A DNA stretch of 64,000 bases from Eledone cirrhosa (lineage: Eukaryota). The DNA is taken from NCBI GenBank assembly GCA_964016885.1, contig OZ024742.1:346828001-346892000 (forward strand), read 5' to 3'. Under the pieces are notes generated by a model. It ran no database searches, was not told where the DNA came from, and was given only the letters and a program-made list of their open reading frames with translations. The translations under genes and the position numbers were made by a program. Shown here in pieces: positions 29,960 through 46,300 of this stretch; position 1 is the stretch's first letter, and each line of letters begins with the position of its first letter.

Positions 29960-32080
29960 AGCCTACATTAAGATACTTGTAATATAAGCCCACATTAAGA
30001 TACTTGTAATATAAGCTTACATTAAGATACGTGTAATATAAGCCTACGTTAAGATACTTGTAATATAAGTCTACATTAAGATACGTGTAATATAAGCGCA
30101 CATTAAGATACTTGTAATATAAGCCCACATTAACATACTTGTAATATAAGCCTACATTAAGATACGTGTAATATAAGCCTACATTAAGTTACTTGTAATA
30201 TAAGCCCACATTAAGATACTTGTATTATAAGCCTTCATTAAGATACTTATAATATAATCCCACATTAAGATACATATAATATAATCCCACATTAAGATAC
30301 GTGTAATATAAGCCTACATTAAGATACGTGTAATATAAGCCAACATTAAGATACTTGTAATATAAGCCTACATTAAGATACTTGTAATATAAGCCCACAT
30401 TAAGATACTTGTAATATAAGCCTACATTAAGATACGTGTAATATAAGCCTACATTAAGATACTTGTAATATAAGTCTACATTAAGATACGTGTAATATAA
30501 GCCTACATTAAGATACTTGTATTATAAGCCTACATTAAGATACTTGTAATATAAGCCTACATTAAGATACTTGTAATATAAGCCAACCTTAAGATACTTG
30601 TAATATAAGCCAACATTAAGATACTTGTAATATAAGCCTACATTAAGATACTTGTATTATTAGCCCACATTAAGATACTTGTAATATAAGCCTACATTAA
30701 GATACTTGTATTATAAGCCCACATTAAGATACGTGTAATATAAGCCAACATTAAGAGGCTTGTAATATAAGTCTACATTAAGATACTTGTAATATAATCC
30801 CACATTAAGATACGTCTAATATAAGCCTACATTAAGATACTTGTAATATATGCCCGCATTAAGATACTTGTAATATAAGCCTACATTAAGATACGTGTAA
30901 TATAAGCCTACATTAAGATACTTGTAATATAAGTCTACATTAAGATACGTGTAATATAAGCCCACATTAAGATACTTGTAATATAAGCCTACATTAAGAT
31001 ACTTGTAATATAAGCACACATTAAGATACTTGTAATATAAGCCTACATTAAGATACGTGTAATATAAGCCTACATTAATTTACTTGTAATATAAGCCCAC
31101 ATTAAGATACTTGTATTATAAGCCTACATTAAGATACTTGTAATATAATCCCACATTAAATACTTATAATATAATCCCACATTAAGTTACGTGTAAAATA
31201 AGCCTACATTAAGATACGTGTAATATAAGCCAACATTAAGATACTTGTAATATAAGCCTACATTAAGATACTTGTAATATAAGCCCACATTAAGATACTT
31301 GTAATATAAGCCTAGATTAAGATACTCGTAATATAAGTTTACATTAAGATACGTGTAATATAAGCCTACATTAAGATACTTGTAATATAAGCCCACATTA
31401 AGATACTTGTAATATAAGCTTACATTAAGATACGTGTAATATAAGCCTACGTTAAGATACTTGTAATATAAGTCTACATTAAGATACGTGTAATATAAGC
31501 GCACATTAAGATACTTGTAATATAAGCCCACATTAACATACTTGTAATATAAGCCTACATTAAGATACGTGTAATATAAGCCTACATTAAGTTACTTGTA
31601 ATATAAGCCCACATTAAGATACTTGTATTATAAGCCTACATTAAGATACTTATAATATAATCCCACATTAAGATACATATAATATAATCCCACATTAAGA
31701 TACGTGTAATATAAGCCTACATTAAGATACTTGTAATATAAGCCAACATTAAGATACTTGTAATATAAGCCTACATTAAGATACTTGTAATATAAGCCCA
31801 CATTAAGATACTTGTAATATAAGCCTACATTAAGATACGTGTAATATAAGCCTACATTAAGATACTTGTAATATAAGTCTACATTAAGATACGTGTAATA
31901 TAAGCCTACATTAAGATACTTGTATTATAAGCCTACATTAAGATACTTGTAATATAAGCCTACATTAAGATACTTGTAATATAAGCCAACCTTAAGATAC
32001 TTGTAATATAAGCCAACATTAAGATACTTGTAATATAAGCCTACATTAAGATACTTGTATTATTAGCCCACATTAAGATA
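29960..32080. repeat. Partial duplication with 1403-bp offset (52x27 - 1)
   Basis: The variant run gcttac..gcctacgtt..gcgcac..attaacatac starts at 30015 and 31418. ORF 5' ends lie at 30128 and 31531. Confidence 0.8.
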
Positions 32081-32859
32081 CTTGTAATATAAGCCAACAT
32101 TAAGATACTTGTATTATGAGCCGACATTAAGATACGTGTAATATAAGCCTACATTAATTTACTTGTAATATAAGCCCACATTAAGATACTTGTATTATAA
32201 GCCTACATTAAGATACTTGTAATATAATCCCACATTAAATACTTATAATATAATCCCACATTAAGATACGTGTAATATAAGCCTACATTAAGATACGTGT
32301 AATATAATCCCACATTAAGATACTTGTAATATAAGACCACATTAAGATACTTGTAATATAAGCTTACATTAAGATACGTGTAATATAAGCCTAGATTAAG
32401 ATACTCGTAATATAAGTCTACATTAATATACGTGTAATATAAGCCTACATTAAGATACTTGTATTATAAGCCTGCATTAAGATACTTGTAATATAAGCCT
32501 ACATTAAGATACTTGTATTATAAGCCTTCATTGAGATACTTGTAATAGAAGCCTACATTAAGATACTTGTATTATAAGCCTACATTAAGATACTTGTATT
32601 ATAAGCCAACATTAAGATACTTGTAATATAAGCCAACATTAAGATACTTGTATTATATGCCTACATTAAGATACTTGTAATATAAGCCAACATTAAGATA
32701 CTTGTATTATAAGCCGACATTAAGATACTTGTAATATAAGCCTACATTAAGATACTTGTATTATAAGCCTACATTAAGATACTTGTATTATAAGCCCACA
32801 TTAAGATACTTGTAATATAATCCCACATTACGATACTTGTTATATAATCAAACATTAAA

Positions 32860-34590
32860 ATACTTGTAATATAAGCCGACATTAAGATACTTGTAATATA
32901 ATCCAACATTAAGATATTTGTAATATAAGCCTACATTAAGATACGTGTAATATAAGCCAACATTAAGATACATGTAATATAAGCCTACATTAAGATACTC
33001 GTAATATAAGCCTATATTAAGATACTTGTAATATAAGCCAACATTAAGATACACGTAATATAAGCCCACATTAAGATACATGTAATATAAGCCAACATTA
33101 AGATACTTGTAATACAAGCCAAAATTAAAATACATGTAATATAAGCCTACATTAAGATACTCGTAATATAAGCCTACATTAAGATACTTGTAATATAAGC
33201 CTACATTAAGATACTTGTAATGTAAGCCTACATTAAGATACTTGTAATATAAGCCAACATTAAGATACTTGTAATACAAGCCAACATTAAAATACTTGTA
33301 ATATAAGCCTACATTAAGATACTCGTAATATAAGCCTACATTAAGATACTTGTATTATAAGCCTACATTAAGATACTTGTATTATAAGCCAACATTAAGA
33401 TACTTGTATTATAAGCCTACATTAAGATACTTGTAATATAAGCCAACATTAAGATACTTGTATTATAAGCCCACATTAAGATACTTGTAATATAAGCCAA
33501 CATTAAGATACTTGTATTATAAGCCTACATTAAGATACTTGTATTATAAGCCCACATTAAGATACTTGTAATATAATCCCACATTAAGATACTTGTAATA
33601 TAATCCCACATTACGATACTTGTTATATAATCCGACATTAAAATACTTGTAATATAAGCCGACATTAAGATACTTGTAATATAATCCAACATTAAGATAT
33701 TTTTAATATAAGCCTACATTAAGATACGTGTAATATAAGCCGACATTAAGATACTTGTAATATAATCCAACATTAAGATATTTGTAATATAAGCCTACAT
33801 TAAGATACGTGTAATATAAGCCAACATTAAGATACATGTAATATAAGCCTACATTAAGATACTCGTAATATAAGCCTACATTAAGATACTTGTAATATAA
33901 GCCAACATTACGATACACGTAATATAAGCCCACATTAAGATACATGTAATATAAGCCAACATTAAGATACTTGTAATACAAGCCAACATTAAAATACATG
34001 TAATATAAACCTACATTAAGATACTCGTAATATAAGCCTACATTAAGATACTTGTAATATAAGCCTACATTAAGATACTTGTAATGTAAGCCTACATTAA
34101 GATACTTGTAATATAAGCCAACATTAAGATACTTGTAATACAAGCCAACATTAAAATACTTGTAATATAAGCCTACATTAAGATACTCGTAATATAAGCC
34201 TACATTAAGATACTTGTATTATAAGCCTACATTAAGATACTTGTATTATAAGCCAACATTAAGATACTTGTATTATAAGCCTACATTAAGATACTTGTAA
34301 TATAAGCCAACATTAAGATACTTGTATTATAAGCCCACATTAAGATACTTGTAATATAAGCCAACATTAAGATACTTGTATTATAAGCCTACATTAAGAT
34401 ACTTGTATTATAAGCCCTCATTAAGATACTTGTAATATAATCCCACATTAAGATACTTGTAATATAATCCCACATTACGATACTTGTTATATAATCCGAC
34501 ATTAAAATACTTGTAATATAAGCCGACATTAAGATACTTGTAATATAATCCAACATTAAGATATTTTTAATATAAGCCTACATTAAGATA
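32860..34590. repeat. 864-bp (32-monomer) tandem duplication
   Basis: ORF 5' ends lie at 33279 and 34143, and tccgacattaaaa occurs at 33631 and 34495. Both copies share the gatacacg, aatacaag and aatgtaag variants. Confidence 0.88.
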
Positions 34591-37500
34591 CGTGTAATAT
34601 AAGCCAACATTAAGATACTTGTAATATAAGCCTACATTAAGATACTCGTAATATAAGCCTACATTAAGATACTTGTAATATAAGCCAACATTAAGATACT
34701 CGTAATATAAGCCCACATTAAGATACTTGTAATATAAGCCAACATTAAGATACTTGTATTATAAGCCTACATTAAGATACTTGTAATATAAGCCTACATT
34801 AAGATACTTATAATATAAGCCAACATTAAGATACTTGTAATATAAGCCAACATTAAAATACTTGTAATATAAGCCTACATTAAGATACTCGTAATATAAG
34901 CCTACATTAAGATACTTGTATTATAAGCCTACATTAAGATACTTCTATTATAAGCCCACATTAAGATACTTGTAATATAAGCCCACATTAAGATACTTGT
35001 AATATAAGCTCACATTAAGATACTCGTAATATAAGTCTACATTAAGATACGTGTAATATAAGCCTACATTAAGATACTTGTATTATAAGTCAACGTTGAG
35101 ATACTTGTAATATAAGCCCACATTAAGATACTTGTAATATAAGCCAACATTCAGATAATTGTATTATAAGCCTACATTAAGATACTTGTAATATAAGCCT
35201 ACTTTAAGATTCTTGTAATATAAGCCAACATTAAGATACTTGTAATATAAGCCAACATTAAGATACTTGTAATATAAGCCTACATTAAGATACTTGTAAT
35301 ATAAGCCTACATTAAGATACTCGTAATATAAGCCTACATTAAGATACTTGTATTATAAACCTACATTAAGATACTTGTATTATAAGCCGACATTAAGATA
35401 CTTGTAATATAAGCCTACATTAAGATACTTGTAATATAAGCCTAAATTAAGATACTTGTATTATAAGCCCACATTAAGATACGTGTAATATAAGCCCACA
35501 TTAAGAGACTTGTAATATAAGTCTACATTAAGATACTTGTAATATAATCCTGCATTAAGATACGTGTAATATAAGCCTACATTAAGATACTTGTAATATA
35601 AGCCCACATTAAGATACTTGTAATATAAGCCTACATTAAGATACGTGTAATATAAGCCTACATTAAGATACTTGTAATATAAGTCTACATTAAGATACGT
35701 GTAATATAGGCCCACATTAAGATACTTGTAATATAAGTCTACATTAAGATACTTGTAATATAATCCCACATTAAGATACTTATAATATAATCCCACATTA
35801 AGATACGTGTAATATAAGCCTACATTAAGATACGTGTAATATAAGCCAACATTAAGATACTTGTAATATAAGCCAACATTAAGATACTTGTAATATAAGC
35901 CCACATTAAGATACTTGTAATATAAGCCTACATTAAGATACTTGTAATATAAGCCTACATTAAGATACTTATATTATAAGCCTACATTAAGATACTTGTA
36001 TTATAAGCCAACATTAAGATACTTGTAATATAAGCCTACATTAAGATACTTGTTTTATAAGCCTACATTAAGATACTTGTATTATAAGCCCACATTAAGA
36101 TACTTGTAATATAATCCCACATTAAGATACTTGTAATATGATCCCACATTACGATACTTGTTATATAATCCCACATTAAAATACTTGTAATATAAGCCGA
36201 CATTAAGATACTTGTAATATAATCCCACATTAAGATATTTGTAATATAAGCCTACATTAACATACGTGTAATATAAGCCAACATTAAGATACTTGTAATA
36301 TAAGCCTACATTAAGATACTTGTAATATAAGCCTACATTAAGATACTTGTAATATAAGCCAACATTAAGATACTTGTAATATAAGCCCACATTAAGATAC
36401 TTGTAATATAAGCCAACATTAAGATACTTGTATTATAAGCCTACATTAAGATACTTGTAATATAATCCTACATTAAGATACTTGTAATATAGGCCTACAT
36501 TAAATACATGTAATATAAGCCTACATTAAGATACTTGTATTATAAGCCTACATTAAGATACTTGTATTATAAGCCCACATTAAGATACTTGTAATATAAG
36601 CCCATATTAAGATACTTGTAATATAAGCTGACATTAAGATACTCGTAATATAAGTCTACATTAAGATACGTGTAATATAAGCCTACATTAAGATACTTGT
36701 ATTATAAGTCAACATTAAGATACTTGTAATATAAGCCCACATTAAGATACTTGTAATATAAGCCAACATTAAGATACTTGTATTATAAGCCTACATTAAG
36801 ATACTTGTAATATAAGCCTACATTAAGATATTTGTAATATAAGCCAACCTTAAGATACTTGTAATATAAGCCAACATTAAGATACTTGTAATATAAGCCT
36901 ACATTAAGATACTTGTAATATAAGCCTACATTAAGATACTCGTAATATAAGCCTACATTAAGATACTTGTATTATAAGCCTACATTAAGATACTTGTATT
37001 ATTAGCCCACATTAAGATACTTGTAATATAAACCTACATTAAGATACTTGTATTATAAGCCCACATTAAGATACGTGTAATATAAGCCAACATTAAGAGA
37101 CTTGTAATATAATCCAACATTAAGATACGTGTAATATAAGCCTACATTAAGATACATGTAATATAAGCCAACATTAAGATACTTGTATTATAAGCCTACA
37201 TTAAGATACTTGTAATATAAGCCTACATTAAGTTACTTGTAATATAAGCCAACATTAAGATACTCGTAATATAAGTCTACATTAAGATACGTGTATTATA
37301 AGCCTACATTAAGATACTTGTAATATAAGCCTATATTAAAATACTTTTAATATAAGCCTTCATTAAGATACTTGTAATATAAGCCAACATTAAAATACAT
37401 GTAATATAAGCCTACATTAAGATACTTGTAATATAAGCCTTCATTAAGATACTTGTAATATAAACCAACATTAAGATACTTGTAATATAAGCCAATATTA

Positions 37501-40500
37501 AGATACTTGTAATATAAGCCCATATTAAGATACTTGTAATATAATCCCACATTAAGATACTTGTAATATAAGCCAACATTAAGATACTTGTAATATAAGT
37601 CTACATTAAGATACTTGTAATATAAGCCTATATTAAGATACGTGTAATATAAGCCCACATTAAGATACTGGTAATATAAGCCTACATTAAGATACTTGTA
37701 ATATAAGCCCACATTAAGATACTTGTAATATAAGCCTACATTAAGATACTTCTAATATAATCCCACATTAAGATACTTGTAATATAAGCCCACATTAAGT
37801 TACTTGTAATATAAGCCGATATTGAGATACTTGTATTATAAGCCAACATTAAGATACTTGTAATATAATCCCACATTAAGATACTTGTAATATAATCCCA
37901 CATTAAGATACGTGTAATATAAGCCTACATTAAGATACGTGTAATATAAGCCAACATTAAGATACTTGTAATATAAGCCTGCATTAAGATACTTGTAATA
38001 TAAGCCTACATTAAGATACTTGTATTATAAGCCTACATTAAGATACTTGTAATATAAGCCAACATTAAAATACTTGTAATATAAGCCTACATTAAGATAC
38101 TCGTAATATAAGCCAACATTAAGATACTTCTAATATAAGCCTAGATTAAGTTACTTGTATTATAAACCGACATTAAGCTACTTGTAATATAATCCCACAT
38201 TAAGATACTTGTAATATAATCCCTCATTAAGATACTTGTAATATAAGCCAACATTAAGATACTTGTAATATAAGCCTACATTAAGATACTTGTAATATAA
38301 GCCCGCATTAAGATACTTGTAATATAAGCCTACATTAAGATACTTGTAATATAATCCCACATTAATATACTTATAATATAATCCCACATTAAGATACGTG
38401 TAATATAAGCCTTCATTAAGATACGTGTAATATAAGTCAACATCAAGATACTTGTAATATAAGCCGACATTAAGATACTTGTAATATAATCCCACATTAA
38501 GATATTTGTAATATAAGCCTACATTAAGATACGTGTAATATAAGCCAACATTAAGATACTTGTAATATAAGCCTACATTAAGATACTCGTAATATAATCC
38601 CACATTAAGATACTTATAATATAATCCCACATTAAGATACGTGTAATATAAGCCTACATTAAGATACGTGTAATATAAGCCAACATTAAGATACTTGTAA
38701 TATAAGCCCACATTAAGATACTTGTAATATAAGCCGACATTAAGATACTTGTAATATAAGCCTAGATTAAGATACTCGTAATATAAGTCTACATTAAGAT
38801 ACGTGTAATATAAGCCTATATTAACATACTTGTATTATAAGCCCACATTCAGATACTAGTAATATAATCCAAAATTAAGATACTTGTAATATAAGCCAAC
38901 ATTAAGATACTTGTAATATAAGCCTACATTAAGATACTTGTATTATAAGCCTAAATTAAGATACTTGTAATATAAGCCTACATTAAGATACTTGTATTAT
39001 AAGCCTTCATTGAGATACTTGTAATATAAGCCTACATTAAGATACTTGTATTATAAGCCTACATTAAGATACGTGTATTATAAGCCCACATTAAGATACT
39101 TGTAATATAATCCCACATTAAGATACTTGTAATATAATCCTACATTACGATACTTGTTATATAATCCCACATTAAAATACTTGTAATATAAGCCGACATT
39201 AAGATACTTGTAATATAATCCCACATTAAGATATTTGTAATATAAGCCTACATTAAGATACGTGTAATATAAGCCAACATTAAGATACTTGTAATATAAG
39301 CCTACATTAAGATACTCGTAATATAAGCCTACATTAAGATACTTGTAATATAAGCCCACATTAAGATACTTGTATTATAAGCCTACATTAAGATACTTGT
39401 AATATAAGCCTACATTAAGATACTTGTAATATAAGCCAACATTAAGATACTTGTAATATAAGCCAACATTAAAATACTTCTAATATAAGCCTACATTAAG
39501 ATACTCGTAATATAAGCCTACATTAAGATACTTGTATTATAAGCCTACATTAAGATACTTGTATTATAAGCCCACATTAAGATACTTTTAATATAATTCC
39601 ACATTACGATACTTGTTATATAATCCCACATTGGGATACTTGTAATATAAGCCTATATTAAGATACTTTTAATATAAGCCTGCATTAAGATACTTGTATT
39701 ATAAGCCTACATTAAGATACTTGTATTATAAGCCCACATTAAGATACTTGTAATATAATCCCACATTACGATACTTGTTATATAATCCCACATTAAAATA
39801 CTTGTAATATAATCCTACATTACGATACTTGTTATATAATCCCACATTAAAATACTTGTAATATAAGCCGACATTAAGATACTTGTAATATAAGCCAACA
39901 TTAAAATACATGTAATATAAGCCTACATTAAGATACTTGTAATATAAGCCGACATTAAGATACTTGTAATATAATCCCACATTAAGATACTTGTAATATA
40001 AGCCAACATTAAGATACTTGTAATATAAGCCAATATTAAGATACTTGTAATATAAGCCTACATTAAGATACTTGTAATATAATCCCACATTAAATACTTG
40101 TAATATAAGCCAACATTAAGATACTTGTAATATAAGTCTACATTAAGATACTTGTAATATAATCCCTCATTAAGATACTTGTAATATAAGCCAACATTAA
40201 GATACTTGTAATATAAGCCTACATTAAGATACTTGTAATATAAGCCGACATTAAGATACTTGTAATATAAGCCTACATTAAGATACTTGTAATATAATCC
40301 CTCATTAAGATACTTTTAATATAAGCCTACATTAAGATACTTGTAATATAAGCCGACATTAAGATACTTGTATTATAAGCCTACATTAAGATACTTGTAA
40401 TATAATCCCACATTATGATACGTGTAATATAAGCCTGCATTAAGATACGTGTAATATAAGCCAACATTAAGATACTTGTAATATAAGCCTGCATTAAGAT

Positions 40501-41209
40501 ACTTGTAATATAAGCCTACATTAAGATACTTGTATTATAAGCCTACATTAAGATACTTGTAATATAAGCCAACATTAAGATACTTGTAATATAAGCCTAC
40601 CTTAAGATACTCGTAATATAAGCCAACATTAAGATACTTCTAATATAAGACTACATTAAGATACTTGTATTATAAGCCGACATTAAGATACTTGTAATAT
40701 AATTCCACATTAATATACTTATAATATAATCCCACATTAAAATACGTGTAATATAAGCCTTCATTAAGATACGTGTAATATAATCAACATCAAGATACTT
40801 GTAATATAAGCCTACATTAAGATACTTGTAATATAAGCCTACATTAAGATACTTGTAATATAAGCCTACATTAAGATACTCGTAATATAAGCCTACATTA
40901 AGATACTTGTATTATAAGCCTACATTAAGATACTTGTATTATAAGCCCACATTAAGATACTTGTAATATAAGTCCATATTAAGATACTTGTAATATAAGC
41001 CTACATTAAGATACTCGTAATATAAGTCTACATTAAGATACGTGTAATATAAGCCTACATTAAGATACTTGTATTATAAGTCAACATTAAGATACTTGTA
41101 ATATAAGCCAACATTAAGATACTTGTAATAAAAGCCAACATTAAGATACTTGTATTATAAGCCTACATTAAGATACTTGTAATATAAGCCTACATTAAGG
41201 TACTTGTAA

Positions 41210-42260
41210 TATAAGCCAAAATTAAGATACTTGTAATATTAGCCAACATTAAGATACTTGTAATATAAGCATACATTAAGATACTTGTAATATAAGCCTA
41301 CATTAAGATACTCGTAATATAAGCCTACATTAAGATACTTGTATTATAAGCCTACATTAAGATACTTGTATTATAAGCCCACATTAAGATACTTGTAATA
41401 TAAGCCTACATTAAGATACTTGTAATATAAGCCTACATTAAGATACTTGTATTATAAGCCCGCATTAAGATACGTGTAATATAAGCCAAAATTAAGAGAC
41501 TTGTAATATAAGTCTACATTAAGATACTTGTAATATAATCGCACATTAAGATACGTGTAATATAAGCCTACATTAAGATACTTGTAATATAAGCCCACAT
41601 TAAGATACTTGTAATATAAGCCTACATTAAGATACGTGTAATATAAGCCTACATTAAGATACTTGTAATATAAGTCTACATTAAGATACGTGTAATATAA
41701 GCCCACATTAAGATACTTGTAATATAAGCCTACATTAAGATACTTGTAATATAAACCAAAATTAAGATACTTGTAATATTAGCCAACATTAAGATACTTG
41801 TAATATAAGCATACATTAAGATACTTGTAATATAAGCCTACATTAAGATACTCGTAATATAAGCCTACATTAAGATACTTGTATTATAAGCCTACATTAA
41901 GATACTTGTATTATAAGCCCACATTAAGATACTTGTAATATAAGCCTACATTAAGATACTTGTAATATAAGCCTACATTAAGATACTTGTATTAAAAGCC
42001 CGCATTAAGATACGTGTAATATAAGCCAAAATTAAGAGACTTGTAATATAAGTCTACATTAAGATACTTGTAATATAATCGCACATTAAGATACGTGTAA
42101 TATAAGCCCACATTAAGATACTTGTAATATAAGCCTACATTAAGATACGTGTAATATAAGCCTACATTAAGATACTTGTAATATAAGTCTACATTAAGAT
42201 ACGTGTAATATAAGCCCACATTAAGATACTTGTAATATAAGCCTACATTAAGATACTTGT
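41210..42260. repeat. 540-bp (20-monomer) local duplication
   Basis: gcccgc..gccaaaattaagagac..atcgcac occurs at ~41458 and ~41998, and ccaaaatt..aatattag..gcatac at ~41216 and ~41756. Confidence 0.8.
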
Positions 42261-43319
42261 AATATAAGCCCACATTAAGATACTTGTAATATAAGCCAAC
42301 ATTAAGATACGTGTAATATAAGCCTACATTAAGTTACTTGTAATATAAGCCCACATTAAGATACTTGTATTATAAGCCTACATTAAGATACTTGTAATAT
42401 AATCCCACATTAAGATACTTATAATATAATCCCACATTAAGATACGTGTAATATAAGCCTACATTAAGATACGTGTAATATAAGCCAACATTAAGATACT
42501 TGTAATATAAGCCCACATTAAGATACTTGTAATATAAGCCCACATTAAGATACTTGTAATATAAGCCTAGATTAAGATACTCGTAATATAAGTCTACATT
42601 AAGATACGTGTAATATAAGCCTACATTAAGATACTTGTATTATAAGCCAACATTAAGATACTAGTAATATAAGCCCACATTAAGATACTTGTAATATAAG
42701 CCAACATTAAGATACTTGTAATATAATCCTACATTAAGATACTTGTATTATAAGCCTACATTAAGATACTTATAATATAAGCCCACATTAAGATACTTGT
42801 ATTATAAGCCTTCATTGAGATACTTGTAATATAAGCCTACATTAAGATACTTGTATTATAAGCCTACATTAAGATACTTGTATTATAAGCCTACATTAAG
42901 ATACTTGTATTATAAGACTACATTAAGATACTTATAATATAAGCCCACATTAAGATACTTGTATTATAAGCCTTCATTGAGATACTTGTAATATAAGCCT
43001 ACATTAAGATACTTGTATTATAAGCCTACATTAAGATACTTGTATTATAAGCCTACATTAAGATACTTGTATTATAAGCCCACATTAAGATACTTGTAAT
43101 ATAAGCCGACATTAAGATACTTGTAATATAATCCCACATTAAGATATTTGTAATATAAGCCTACATTAAGATACGTGTAATATAAGCCAACATTAAGATA
43201 CTTGTAATATAAGCCTACATTAAGATACTCGTAATATAAGCCTACATTAAGATAATTGTAATACAAGCCAACATTAAGATACTTGTAATATAAGCCAACA
43301 TTAAGATACTTGTAATATA

Positions 43320-46300
43320 AGCCTATATTAAGATACGTGTAATAGAAGCCCACATTAAGATACTTGTAATATAAGCCTACATTAAGATACTTGTAATATA
43401 AGCCGACATTAAGATACTTGTAATATAAGCCTACATTAAGATACTTGTAATATAATCCCTCATTAAGATACTTTTAATATAAGCCCAAATTAAGATACTT
43501 GTAATATAAGCCGACATTAAGATACTTGTATTATAAGCCTACATTAAGATACTTGTAATATAATCCCACATTAAGATACTTGTAATATAATCACACATTA
43601 TGATACGTGTAATATAAGCCTGCATTAAGATACGTGTAATATAAGCCAACATTAAGATACTTGTAATATAAGCCTGCATTAAGATACTTGTAATATAAGC
43701 CTACATTAAGATACTTGTATTATAAGCCTACATTAAGATACTTGTAATATAAGCCAACATTAAGATACTTGTAATATAAGCCTACATTAAGATACTCGTA
43801 ATATAAGCCCACATTAAGATACTTCTAATATAAGACTACATTAAGATACTTGTATTATAAGCCGACATTAAGATACTTGTAATATAATTCCACATTAATA
43901 TACTTATAATATAATCCCACATTAAGATACGTGTAATATAAGCCTTCATTAAGATACGTGTAATATAATCAACATCAAGATACTTGTAATATAAGCCTAC
44001 ATTAAGATACTTGTAATATAAGCCTACATTAAGATACTTGTAATATAAGCCTACATTAAGATACTCGTAATATAAGCCTACATTAAGATACTTGTATTAT
44101 AAGCCTACATTAAGATACTTGTATTATAAGCCCACATTAAGATACTTGTAATATAAGTCCATATTAAGATACTTGTAATATAAGCCTACATTAAGATACT
44201 CGTAATATAAGTCTACATTAAGATACGTGTAATATAAGCCTACATTAAGATACTTGTATTATAAGTCAACATTAAGATACTTGTAATATAAGCCAACATT
44301 AAGATACTTGTAATAAAAGCCAACATTAAGATACTTGTATTATAAGCCTACATTAAGATACTTGTAATATAAGCCTACATTAAGGTACTTGTAATATAAG
44401 CCAAAATTAAGATACTTGTAACATTAGCCAACATTAAGATACTTGTAATATAAGCATACATTAAGATACTTGTAATATAAGCCTACATTAAGATACTCGT
44501 AATATAAGCCTACATTAAGATACTTGTATTATAAGCCTACATTAAGATACTTGTATTATAAGCCCACATTAAGATACTTGTAATATAAGCCTACATTAAG
44601 ATACTTGTAATATAAGCCTACATTAAGATACTTGTATTATAAGCCCGCATTAAGATACGTGTAATATAAGCCAAAATTAAGAGACTTGTAATATAAGTCT
44701 ACATTAAGATACTTGTAATATAATCGCACATTAAGATACGTGTAATATAAGCCTACATTAAGATACTTGTAATATAAGCCCACATTAAGATACTTGTAAT
44801 ATAAGCCTACATTAAGATACGTGTAATATAAGCCTACATTAAGATACTTGTAATATAAGTCTACATTAAGATACGTGTAATATAAGCCAACATTAAGATA
44901 CTTGTAATATAAGCCGACATTAAGATACTTGTAATATAAGCCAACATTAAGATACTTGTAATATAAGCCAACATTAAGATACGTGTAATATAAGCCTACA
45001 TTAAGTTACTTGTAATATAAGCACACATTAAGATACTTGTATTATAAGCCTACATTAAGATACTTGTAATATAATCCCACATTAAGATACTTATAATATA
45101 ATCCCACATTAAGATACGTGTAATATAAGCCTACATTAAGATACGTGTAATATAAGCCAACATTAAGATACTTGTAATATAAGCCCACGTTAAGATACTT
45201 GTAATATAAGCCCACATTAAGATACTTGTAATATAAGCCTAGATTAAGATACTCGTAATATAAGTCTACATTAAGATACGTGTAATATAAGCCTACATTA
45301 AGATACTTGTATTATAAGCCAACGTTAAGATACTAGTAATATAAGCCCACATTAAGATACTTGTAATATAAGCCAACATTAAGATACTTGTAATATAATC
45401 CTACATTAAGATACCTGTATTATAAGCCCACATTAAGATACTTTTAATATAATTCCACATTACGATACTTGTTATATAATCCCACATTGGGATACTTGTA
45501 ATATAAGCCTATATTAAGATACTTTTAATATAAGCCTACATTAAGATACTTGTATTATAAGCCTACATTAAGATACTTGTATTATAAGCCCACATTAAGA
45601 TACTTGTAATATAATCCCACATTAAGATACTTGTAATATAATCCTACATTACGATACTTGTTATATAATCCCACATTAAAATACTTGTAATATAAGCCGA
45701 CATTAAGATACTTGTAATATAAGCCAACATTAAAATACATGTAATATAAGCCTACATTAAGATACTTGTAATATAAGCCTACATTAAGATACTTGTAATA
45801 TAATCCCACATTAAGATACTTGTAATATAAGCCAACATTAAGATACTTGTAATATAAGCCAATATTAAGATACTTGTAATATAAGCCTACATTAAGATAC
45901 TTGTAATATAATCCCACATTAAATACTTGTAATATAAGCCAACATTAAGATACTTGTAATATAAGTCTACATTAAGATACTTGTAATATAAGCCTATATT
46001 AAGATACGTGTAATATAAGCCCACATTAAGATACTTGTAATATAAGCCTACATTAAGATACTTGTAATATAAGCCGACATTAAGATACTTGTAATATAAG
46101 CCTACATTAAGATACTTGTAATATAATCCCTCATTAAGATACTTTTAATATAAGCCCACATTAAGATACTTGTAATATAAGCCGACATTAAGATACTTGT
46201 ATTATAAGCCTACATTAAGATACTTGTAATATAATCCCACATTAAGATACTTGTAATATAATCACACATTATGATACGTGTAATATAAGCCTGCATTAAG